From contig CAXTTL010000023.1 of the NCBI GenBank assembly GCA_964247135.1, forward strand, positions 1-33,437: a stretch of DNA of 33,437 nt. The letters run 5' to 3'. The translations under genes were made by a program, and so were the position numbers. How positions within the stretch are numbered: the first letter of the stretch is position 1; every line of letters begins with the position of its first letter. This document shows positions 1 through 7,859 of the stretch, piece by piece. The DNA is from an uncultured Deinococcales bacterium. GTDB lineage: Bacteria > Deinococcota > Deinococci > Deinococcales > JAAFIG01. The notes beneath the pieces were generated by a model. That model ran no database searches and was not told where the DNA came from. It saw nothing but the letters and a program-made list of their open reading frames with translations.

Positions 1-2445
1 CAAGTTGAAAACAAAACGGGATTGAACGCCAAAGACATGCTGGTGAATGCCAAAGACGAAGCCGCCAAACGCGCCCAGGCATCGGTCGGAACCATCGCCG
101 AACAAGCCATGAACGCCGTCGAAGACGCCGTGGTTTCGGGCAAAGGCATTGACCTGGGACGAATCGCCAAAAACGCCGCCACCAGGGTTGGCAATGATGC
201 CGCCGGAATGCAGCGCCAAGCCGCGCAAAAAGCCTTCAAAGACGCCCAGGGCGGCGCCGCCAAAGCTGGCTTGGGCATCTTGACCGGCGGCATCGGCAGA
301 GCCTCGAGCAACGCCGTACCGTTCCCAGAAGACCAAGCGGCATTACAGGGCGCAGACCCGATGCCAGTCAAAGCCCAACTGACCCACCTGGCATTGATGC
401 CCACCTGGTTGTTGCCCGTGGTTCTTGCATTGCTGGGACTCTTGATCTTCTGGCTGATGCGCCCGCCGACCATCACCACCTTCACCGCCAGCACTGTCGC
501 CCCGTTCCTCGAACAACCCGTCAGTTTCAATTTTGAATCCAGCAGCAACAACCTCGAGCTTCTCCGCAGCGACCAAACGGAAACCATCAAAATTCCTGCC
601 GGCAGCAAAACCTTCACGCTCGAGAAAGGCTTTAAAAGCCTGGAACCCGTCAAAATGACCCTGATCGCCAAAGGGAATTTTGGCAGCCACGTCGAAAAAG
701 AATTGCAACTGACGCCCAAAGCCTTAAAACCCGAAGTGCTCGAGTTTACCCTCAGTCCACCAAAACTGATTAAGGGAACGCCCGTCACGATTCGTTGGAA
801 GGTCAAAAATGCCGAGAAAGTGACGATTGAACCGTTCGGGGTGCAGGCGCTCGAGGGACGGATTACCGATAAACCAACCGAAAACAAAACCTACACCCTG
901 GTCGCCGTCAACAAAAACGAACGCGTCAGCATTCCGATTCAGCTCGGTGTCAACTATCAAAAACCAAAAATCACGGGCTTTAGCATCACACCAACAAAGG
1001 TCATCAAAGGGCAAGACCTGAAAATTACGGTCTACATCAAAGCCCCGAATTCGGTGGTCACCAATCTGGACCCATACGGCAAAGTACACGAACAAGACAT
1101 TGTCGAAATTGCCGCGCCAGAAGTGGACACCGATTACACCCTGAGTGCCGAAAACCCTGCCGGCAAAGACTCGCGCACGATTCGGGTCAAAGTGGTCGAA
1201 CCCGTTGCCACCACACCCGCAACCCCAGATATACACACAACGCCGACCACACCAACAACACCCAATGTTCCCACAACACCGACCACACCGACAAACCCAG
1301 ATGTCCCCACCACACCGACTACCCCAACCACACCAACCACGCCAACCACACCAGCCGCTCCAGAAGCCACCGCCACCATCCAAGCCGACAAAACAACCAT
1401 CAAGGCGGGCGAAAGCATCAACCTGACCTGGAAAACCCAGAACGCCAAAAGCGTCAAGCTCGAGCCTATCGGTAAGGTTTCACTGAGCGGACAACGCCCC
1501 GTCAGTCCCAAAGTCACCACCACCTACACCCTGACCGCCACCAACAGCGACGGCAAGGAAACCGCCAGCGAAGTCACCGTCAACGTCACCGCAGGGGCAA
1601 CGGTCACAAGCGTCCCAGCAGCCGTCGCAACGCTACGCGTCAACAAAACCACCATCAATCGCGGTGAGAGCATTTCATTGACCTGGAGAACCGCCAATGC
1701 CAGCAGTGTCCAACTTGATCCCATCGGCGCAGTCAAAGACGCGGGCAGGCAGGTCTTAAAACCAGAATCCGACATCACCTACACCCTGACCGCCACCGGT
1801 AAAGACGGTAAAACCTCGAGCAGTACCGTGAAAATCACGGTCAAAGTGCCATTGGTTGCAGGTGTTTTAACAGGACGTTGGTATCACAATTTTGGGGTTT
1901 TAAACCTCAAGCACATCGGCTCGAGTGTGACCGGCACGTACACCAGCAGCGACGGCAGCAATGGCAGCATCAACGCCACACTCGAGGGACAGGTCTTGTC
2001 GGGAACCTACACGGTGGGCGCCGCCAAACAAAACTTTGAATGGACGTTCAGCGACGACTTCAGAACCTTCAACGGCAGGGGCGACACGCACCTGCAATGG
2101 TGCGGCGCAAAACCAGGCGTGTACTTCAACCCTGGATGCAGTTACTCGGGTCAATGGAACGCCAGCATCAACGGCGTGACCTGTACCGTCAACCTGACGA
2201 GAACCAACAACGACGTGATCGGCAAATTCTGCGACGGCACACTGAACGGTACCGTCAGTTTTCAAAAAGGCAAGATTGTTTTGACCGGAACGTGGTCGAA
2301 CACCAAACTGAACACCGCAGGCGATTTCAGTTTCGCGCTTTCGGACAGCGAAGCCATTCAATTTGTTGGACGGCAAAACCGCAGCAACGAATGGTGCGGT
2401 TGGCGGCAAGGCTCGAGCAAACCCAACCCTTGTATTTTGAAGTAA
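1..2445 (+). CDS. Single-pass membrane protein with tandem Ig/PKD-like repeats, Pro/Thr linker and duplicated C-terminal beta domain (5' truncated)
   Basis: The frame is open from base 1. TM helix WLLPVVLALLGLLIFWLM. Repeated 'G..I.L.W....A..V.L.P.G......TY.L.A' units, a PTT linker, and two C-terminal units (G.W...G.L.GT...F.F...WCG). Confidence 0.75.
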   Translation, partial: QVENKTGLNAKDMLVNAKDEAAKRAQASVGTIAEQAMNAVEDAVVSGKGIDLGRIAKNAATRVGNDAAGMQRQAAQKAFKDAQGGAAKAGLGILTGGIGRASSNAVPFPEDQAALQGADPMPVKAQLTHLALMPTWLLPVVLALLGLLIFWLMRPPTITTFTASTVAPFLEQPVSFNFESSSNNLELLRSDQTETIKIPAGSKTFTLEKGFKSLEPVKMTLIAKGNFGSHVEKELQLTPKALKPEVLEFTLSPPKLIKGTPVTIRWKVKNAEKVTIEPFGVQALEGRITDKPTENKTYTLVAVNKNERVSIPIQLGVNYQKPKITGFSITPTKVIKGQDLKITVYIKAPNSVVTNLDPYGKVHEQDIVEIAAPEVDTDYTLSAENPAGKDSRTIRVKVVEPVATTPATPDIHTTPTTPTTPNVPTTPTTPTNPDVPTTPTTPTTPTTPTTPAAPEATATIQADKTTIKAGESINLTWKTQNAKSVKLEPIGKVSLSGQRPVSPKVTTTYTLTATNSDGKETASEVTVNVTAGATVTSVPAAVATLRVNKTTINRGESISLTWRTANASSVQLDPIGAVKDAGRQVLKPESDITYTLTATGKDGKTSSSTVKITVKVPLVAGVLTGRWYHNFGVLNLKHIGSSVTGTYTSSDGSNGSINATLEGQVLSGTYTVGAAKQNFEWTFSDDFRTFNGRGDTHLQWCGAKPGVYFNPGCSYSGQWNASINGVTCTVNLTRTNNDVIGKFCDGTLNGTVSFQKGKIVLTGTWSNTKLNTAGDFSFALSDSEAIQFVGRQNRSNEWCGWRQGSSKPNPCILK
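1210..1360 (+). repeat. Low-complexity (PTT)n coding repeat
   Basis: Encodes TTPATPDIHTTPTTPTTPNVPTTPTTPTNPDVPTTPTTPTTPTTPTTP. Confidence 0.9.
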
Positions 2446-2462
2446 ATTCAGATTCTCGAGAG

Positions 2463-2492
2463 AAGCACGAAAGTTAATTTCGTGCTTTTTTT
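2463..2492 (+). terminator. Rho-independent terminator
   Basis: Stem AAGCACGAAA-gttaa-TTTCGTGCTT plus a T run, just after the stop at 2445. Confidence 0.85.
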
Positions 2493-2568
2493 ATTGCCAA
2501 GCCAATTGGCGTATTCGAGGAAGCTCTAGAAACTTGGCAAATCTGGATTCTTGGATTAACGTTAAACC

Positions 2569-2766
2569 ATGAATCTCAGAGAACAAATCCGACACTTAAG
2601 CATTTCTGAAAAAGTCTTGCTGGTTCAAGATATTTGGGACGAGTTGTTCGAGGAAACCAATGAATTCAGCACGGCTCAAAAAACCGAAATTCAAAGACGT
2701 TCTGAAGCCGACAAAGCCAACCCTGGAAAAGCTCGGGCTTGGACTGAAGTTCGTGATGTGATTTAG
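2569..2766 (+). CDS. Addiction-module antitoxin (TIGR02574-like)
   Basis: 65 aa with pattern LSISEKVLLVQDIWDEL...EIQRR...W.EV. TAACGT lies 6 nt before the ATG. Confidence 0.75.
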   Translation: MNLREQIRHLSISEKVLLVQDIWDELFEETNEFSTAQKTEIQRRSEADKANPGKARAWTEVRDVI

Positions 2767-2772
2767 GGCTTA

Positions 2773-2830
2773 ATGTTCTGGATTGTTGCAGTTAAGCCGT
2801 GATCCTGAATACGGACGTGATCGAAACTAA
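2773..2830 (+). pseudogene. Possible 3' remnant of a ParE/RelE toxin
   Basis: Reads WIVAV, then after a frameshift RDPEYGRDR*. This resembles the IVAV.H..R.P.YW..R tail of ParE toxins and sits where the partner toxin is expected. Confidence 0.35.
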
Positions 2831-2913
2831 TATTAAAAAACCCCAGGCTCGAAACCCAGGGTTTTGAGAAACTCGAGAAATTAACAAGCGACGTAATTTC
2901 TCGAGCTTGAACT

Positions 2914-3873
2914 CTATTTTGCCAATCCCACCAAATCCATTGATACTTCCCACAACCGTTCAGCATGATCGGTATCACGGACGTAAGGCATATAACCAGA
3001 ATAAGGTTGCGCTGGGTCAAACGGCAAAGCTTCATGACAATCCTCGAGATACAAACCGCCATGTCCCTCGAGTTCCTTGCCGACGGCTGCCCAAATGGAT
3101 GTGGCTGCGCCTTGTTCAACGGTTTTGAAACCAGGGTTGACATTGCCCTGCTCGTCGATCCAACCCATTGCGCGTTGTTCGTCTTCTGGAATAAATTTTT
3201 GTAAACCCGTTTGGATGCCACCAGGGTGAAGCGCGTTTGCGGTGATGCCTTCTTGACCATAACGCTGATTCCAGCCAACGGCAAACAACACGTTGGCGGT
3301 TTTGGACTGCCCATAGGCTTGCCACTTTTCGTAAGGGCGATTTTGGTAATTCAAATCCTCAAACACCACGTCCGAACGCCTGTGACCTATCGAACTGAGC
3401 ACCACCACCCTCGAGGGAGCCGCCGCCCGCAAGGCTGGCAACAGAAGGTTTAAGAGCAAAAAATGCCCAAGGTGATTCGTGCCAAACTGCATTTCAAAGC
3501 CGTCATCGGTGTGCGAAAATGGTGTTGCCATGACCCCAGCGTTGTTGATGACAATATGCAGTTTTGACCATTTTGCGAGTGCCTGGGCTGCCGCTTGACG
3601 CACCGACGCCAGCGAACCAAGGTTTAACTCGAGCACGTGCGCCTTTGGGTTTCCTGTCGCCTCGCGCAATTGCGCCGCCACGGTTTCACCTTTTTGGGTG
3701 TCGCGCACTGCCAAAATGACCTCTGCCCCTGCGGACAGCAAGGTTTTGACCGTTTCGACGCCAAGCCCAGAACTTGCGCCCGTGACCAGTGCCGTTTTGC
3801 CGCTCAGGTCATGACCGGCGATCACCTCGAGGGCGGTGGAACGGGCGTCAAATGGGGATGTGATCGGCATCAT
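2914..3873 (-). CDS. Short-chain dehydrogenase/reductase (retinol dehydrogenase/WWOX-like)
   Basis: TGASSGLG, NNAGVM, FGTNHLGHF, YGQSK, LHPG motifs; AAGGAG RBS. Confidence 0.92.
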   Translation of the reverse strand: MMPITSPFDARSTALEVIAGHDLSGKTALVTGASSGLGVETVKTLLSAGAEVILAVRDTQKGETVAAQLREATGNPKAHVLELNLGSLASVRQAAAQALAKWSKLHIVINNAGVMATPFSHTDDGFEMQFGTNHLGHFLLLNLLLPALRAAAPSRVVVLSSIGHRRSDVVFEDLNYQNRPYEKWQAYGQSKTANVLFAVGWNQRYGQEGITANALHPGGIQTGLQKFIPEDEQRAMGWIDEQGNVNPGFKTVEQGAATSIWAAVGKELEGHGGLYLEDCHEALPFDPAQPYSGYMPYVRDTDHAERLWEVSMDLVGLAK

Positions 3874-3885
3874 AAACTCCTTTTC

Positions 3886-4266
3886 TTAAGCAGCAGACTC
3901 GAGGGCTTTGCGGCGTGTTTTGGTGTACTCAATTTTTTCTTGAATGGTCTTTAACGATGATTGCAATTCGGCAATTTGCTGTTCGACCCGCCCAGCGTGT
4001 GCCTCGAGCAACGCCTGACGGTTGGGCAGCATGTGATCGCCTTGCAGGTACAACTCGAGGTATTCCCTAACCTCGAGCAAGGGCATTCCGGTCGAACGCA
4101 ATTTGGTCATGAACGCAATCCAGACCAGATCGGCGGGCGTGTACCGACGGTGACGGCTCGAGGCGTCACGTGATGGGATCAACAATCCAATGCGTTCGTA
4201 ATAGCGCAAAGTGTCGGCGCTTAAGCCTGTTTCTTGCACGGTTTGTTGGATGGTGAACAGCGTCAC
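3886..4266 (-). CDS. MerR-family regulator (AdhR/NmlR-like)
   Basis: MerR HTH: TGLSADTLRYYERIGL...R.Y...D; LRSTGMPL; C-terminal coiled coil. Confidence 0.92.
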   Translation of the reverse strand: MTLFTIQQTVQETGLSADTLRYYERIGLLIPSRDASSRHRRYTPADLVWIAFMTKLRSTGMPLLEVREYLELYLQGDHMLPNRQALLEAHAGRVEQQIAELQSSLKTIQEKIEYTKTRRKALESAA

Positions 4267-4272
4267 CAGAAA

Positions 4273-4303
4273 ACCTTACAACTTGGAGTCGACTCCAAGT
4301 CAA
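4273..4303 (-). promoter_or_regulatory. MerR-type promoter with 19-bp spacer and dyad operator
   Basis: Minus strand reads TTGACT-19 bp-TAAGGT-6 nt-GTG. Perfect 20-bp palindrome ACTTGGAGTCGACTCCAAGT at 4281-4300. Confidence 0.88.
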
Positions 4304-4385
4304 GCTATTTCATCTGGACAGTCTGCCACATTCTCAGCCTGCGAGAGAAGGACAGAACCTCGAGTCACACGTGTAGCAAAACAAA

Positions 4386-4463
4386 ACTCCCTTCTCTCGA
4401 TGTTGAGAGAAGCGACCATGCCCGTAGGTGCGTTTTATGGTCAAGAAGGGTTGGGGATGAGAG
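4386..4463. repeat. Degenerate small palindromic dispersed repeat
   Basis: CCCTTCTCTC..GAGAGAAG hairpin, then GACCATG..TATGGTC hairpin, then GAAGGGTTGGGGATGAGAG. Confidence 0.45.
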
Positions 4464-4513
4464 CAGAGCCAAAACTCAGCCACACCAAAAAAATAATTCT
4501 CGAGCTTCACGTT

Positions 4514-4960
4514 TTACAAATTCCCGCAGGTCACACTGCCACCCACGCCGCCCGTGTCCTTCTCGCCGCGTTGATGAAAGCTGATGTAGGCACTGACCGG
4601 AATTTTCGAGGTGTCCACGCTGGTGCTCGAGATGCCCGTGCCGACTTTATCGGCGGTGATTTCGTTTAAGGTCGCGGCAATGCCGCCAGGGTTGGAGCAT
4701 GAACCGACGCGAATGTAACCTGCGGAGCGCTTTTCGGGCGGCAAGTTGGTGATTTCAACTTCGATGATGCTCGAGCCGTTCGAGAGTTCTTTGATGCGGG
4801 CAATGCCGCCCACTTTGCTGCTGACGCCCGTCGAGAGTACCCCAACGGCTTGCAGCACGATCACTTGGGTGGGTTTACTCTGTGAGACGTTGTTGCTTGG
4901 GGCGCAAGCTGCGAAGCTTAACGCCAACACTGCCATTCCAATCATTTTGTGGGTCATCAT
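4514..4960 (-). CDS. Lipoprotein, CHRD/Cu-Zn SOD-like fold
   Basis: Lipobox FAA-C; 'IRVGSC..PG.I...L..I...G.G.S', 'YISFH', 'VTCGNL'; AGGAGG RBS. Confidence 0.6.
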   Translation of the reverse strand: MMTHKMIGMAVLALSFAACAPSNNVSQSKPTQVIVLQAVGVLSTGVSSKVGGIARIKELSNGSSIIEVEITNLPPEKRSAGYIRVGSCSNPGGIAATLNEITADKVGTGISSTSVDTSKIPVSAYISFHQRGEKDTGGVGGSVTCGNL

Positions 4961-5244
4961 AATTCCTCCTGAGCGGTTGTAGCTTAAATCATAGCGTGTT
5001 CAGCCATAAAATGATGAATGCTTTACTTTATGACGTACTGTAAGGCTTGATTTTACCAAAAAATCAAAACCCGAGGGTGATTCTATTCATTCTTTGTTTT
5101 TATGGTCTGGCACAAGAAAAGCGTGTCTTCTAAGCGAAAAAAATTGAGTCGGTGATAGCATACACCCATTCAATCTGGTTTCTCGAGCCTGGCATTTGTT
5201 TCTCGGGTGATCTGCGCGGAATTCACGAATTGATTTGAGGTTTC

Positions 5245-5868
5245 ATGAGTAGCCATCTGACAATCGCTTCTGTGACAGCCGTTTTAAAAAACCTGCTCGA
5301 GAACGGGCTGGTGGCTCGGGGCATCTCGAGCAGCATTGGTGGCGATGCGATCATCACGGCGGTTTCGCCCGACCGAATTGCGGTGGGAAACGATGAAAAA
5401 CCGCAGTTAAACGTGTTTTTGTATCAGGTCACGCCGAGCACGGGGTTGCGATCAAACCTCGAGAAGGACAAAGCGCCAACGTTGTCGCTCGAGCTGCATT
5501 ATTTGTTTACGGCGTATGGCGCTCAGGATTTTCAATCCGAAATTTTGCTGGGTTACGCGCTGCAAATGTTGTTCGAGCATCCTGTGCTCTCGAGCGAGTT
5601 GATGAAGAAGGCTTTGACCAATATCTCGAGCAGCAAGGGTGGGCGGGTGGTGCAACCTTCACTGGCGGCGCTGGCAAATTCGGATTTGGCGGAAAGCGTT
5701 GCGCAGGTCACGCTCGCGCCGCAATTTTTGAACGCCGAGGAAACCTCGAAGCTCTGGTCGTCGTTGCAGGCGCGGTATCGTCCGTCGCTGACCTATAAAC
5801 TTTCGACGGTTCCAGTTCGGACGGGTGCTGCGGTTGCCGCACCCAGCAAGGTCAAGGAACGCGCATGA
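5245..5868 (+). CDS. DUF4255/Pvc16 (Afp16-like) eCIS tail-terminator family protein
   Basis: MSSHLTIASVTAVLKNLL, QLNVFLYQVTP, LSLELHYLFTAY, KLWSSLQARYRPSLTY. Confidence 0.85.
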   Translation: MSSHLTIASVTAVLKNLLENGLVARGISSSIGGDAIITAVSPDRIAVGNDEKPQLNVFLYQVTPSTGLRSNLEKDKAPTLSLELHYLFTAYGAQDFQSEILLGYALQMLFEHPVLSSELMKKALTNISSSKGGRVVQPSLAALANSDLAESVAQVTLAPQFLNAEETSKLWSSLQARYRPSLTYKLSTVPVRTGAAVAAPSKVKERA

Positions 5869-7832
5869 GTCTGGTCAGCGAGGCTCGAGTCGATTGGTTT
5901 GAACAAAACCAGCGCCACCTCTCGAGCGCTTTGGTTGCAGTGCGTGAGGCGTTGACGGTTTTTATTGCCAAGCAGCGCGGCGAAATTCCAAACACCGACA
6001 CGCTCTCGCCCGAACCGTACTTTTTTGAAGGCTCCGCCCTCGAGAAGCTGTGCCAAACTTTTGGACTCTCGAGCTTTGAACGCAACATCATTTTGCTCTG
6101 CGCGGGCATGGATTTGGACGGTAAATTCTCGAGTTTGTGCGCGGCGGCAAACCTCGATCCGCAACGGGCTTTTCCGACGCTCGGTATGGCGCTGGCGGCA
6201 CTGCCCGACGCGCATTGGAGTGCCTTGTCGCCCGCCGCGCCGCTGCGCCGTTGGAAACTGATCGAACTTGGAACAGGCAATGCCCTCACCTCGAGCAGCC
6301 TGCGGATTGACGAACGGATTTTGCATCATTTGGCTGGCGTCAACCATTTGGACAACCGTCTGGCGGTGATTCTCGAGCCGCTGCGTGAACCAGCCGAGCT
6401 GGTGCAAAGCCACCAGGATTTGACTGAAACCATCATCAGTGCCTGGTCGAGGGCGAAACAAACCACGGTGGTGATTCAACTTTGCGGCACGGATGCCGCT
6501 TGCAAACGGGGCATCGCTTTCAGTGTCGCTCGAGCCTTCAATCGTGAGTTATACAGCTTAAATGCCAATTTAATTCCGAATAACCCCAACGAACTCGAGA
6601 CGCTGACCTTATTGTTGCGCCGCGAGGTGATTCTTGGGTCGATGGCACTGGTGTTGGACTGTGAAAATTTGGACTCGGGCGATCACAACAAAATGAATGC
6701 CTTGCACGCCTTTGTTGCCAAATTTGTTGGACCGCTTTTTATAGCCAGCCTCGAGCGTCAGAAACTCGGCGAGCGCAGCAACATCACACTCGAGGTCAGA
6801 AAACCCAGCACGCTTGAGCAGCGCCAAGTTTGGAACGCGGCACTTGGATCAGCATTCCCAGAATTTGGCATGGAACTCGACCAATTGATTGGGCAATTCA
6901 ACATGAATCCCAGCGCCATCAAAAACGCCTCGAGCGAAGCCTTACGCTTGCTCGAGCAACACCCAGCCAGCGATGTGCCTGGGACGCTCTGGGAAGCCTC
7001 GAGAAGCCAAGCGCGGCAACGGCTGGACGACTTGGCGCAGCGCCTGGAGACGCAAGCCTCCTGGGAGGATTTGGTGCTGCCCGAAGCACAAGGCTTGGTG
7101 CTGCGTGACATCAGCGCCCACGTGCGGCAACGTTTGAAGGTTTACGAAACCTGGGGTTTTGGCAAGCAAGGCTCTCGAGGCTTGGGGATCAGCGCCCTGT
7201 TCGCTGGCACAAGCGGCACGGGCAAGACGATGGCTGCCGAGGTGATCGCCAAAGAACTGCGCCTGGACTTGTACCGCATCGATTTGTCCACGGTGGTTTC
7301 CAAGTACATCGGCGAAACCGAAAAGAACCTGCGCCGCATTTTTGACGCCGCCGAAGAGGGCGGGGCAATTTTGCTGTTCGACGAGGCAGACGCGATTTTC
7401 GGCAAGCGCAGCGACGTGAAAGACAGCCATGACCGTTACGCCAACATCGAGGTCAGTTATTTGCTGCAACGCATGGAATCCTATCGAGGGCTGGCGGTGC
7501 TGACCACCAACCTAAAAAGCGCCATCGACACCGCCTTCATGCGGCGCATCCGTTTTGTGGTGCAATTCCCATTTCCCGACCTCGAGCAACGCAGCGAAAT
7601 CTGGCGGCGGTCATTTCCAAAAATTGCGCCGACCCAAAATTTGGACTTTGCCAAACTGGGGCAGTTGCACATTGCGGGCGGCAACATTCGCAACACCGCC
7701 TTGAACGCCGCATTCATTGCCGCCGATGCGAACGAAGCCATTCAGATGAAGCATATTTTGCACGCCGCACAAAGCGAGTACAGCAAACTCGAAAAGCAAC
7801 TGACCGAATCCGAAACGGCGGGTTGGGTTTAA
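5865..7832 (+). CDS. eCIS-associated AAA+ ATPase (Afp15/Pvc15-like)
   Basis: Walker A GTSGTGKT, Walker B LLFDEAD, VSKYIGETEKNL, DRYANIEVSYLLQRME. The first AAA module is degenerate. ATGA overlap with the upstream gene. Confidence 0.92.
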   Translation: MSLVSEARVDWFEQNQRHLSSALVAVREALTVFIAKQRGEIPNTDTLSPEPYFFEGSALEKLCQTFGLSSFERNIILLCAGMDLDGKFSSLCAAANLDPQRAFPTLGMALAALPDAHWSALSPAAPLRRWKLIELGTGNALTSSSLRIDERILHHLAGVNHLDNRLAVILEPLREPAELVQSHQDLTETIISAWSRAKQTTVVIQLCGTDAACKRGIAFSVARAFNRELYSLNANLIPNNPNELETLTLLLRREVILGSMALVLDCENLDSGDHNKMNALHAFVAKFVGPLFIASLERQKLGERSNITLEVRKPSTLEQRQVWNAALGSAFPEFGMELDQLIGQFNMNPSAIKNASSEALRLLEQHPASDVPGTLWEASRSQARQRLDDLAQRLETQASWEDLVLPEAQGLVLRDISAHVRQRLKVYETWGFGKQGSRGLGISALFAGTSGTGKTMAAEVIAKELRLDLYRIDLSTVVSKYIGETEKNLRRIFDAAEEGGAILLFDEADAIFGKRSDVKDSHDRYANIEVSYLLQRMESYRGLAVLTTNLKSAIDTAFMRRIRFVVQFPFPDLEQRSEIWRRSFPKIAPTQNLDFAKLGQLHIAGGNIRNTALNAAFIAADANEAIQMKHILHAAQSEYSKLEKQLTESETAGWV

Positions 7833-7859
7833 ACCGGCAAGCTCGAGAAAGAGAAGATC

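Noticed and set aside
1210-1360. Short tandem repeats as a CRISPR array
   Set aside because: They are in-frame PTT coding repeats with no constant repeat/unique spacer structure and no cas genes.
4961-5244. Specific operator or ncRNA upstream of the eCIS operon
   Set aside because: AT-rich and probably holds divergent promoters, but I found no convincing dyad or consensus.
5865-7832. ATPase as FtsH or a proteasome ATPase
   Set aside because: No TM or protease domain; the DRYAN.EV.YLLQR motif and DUF4255/DUF4157 context indicate the eCIS family.
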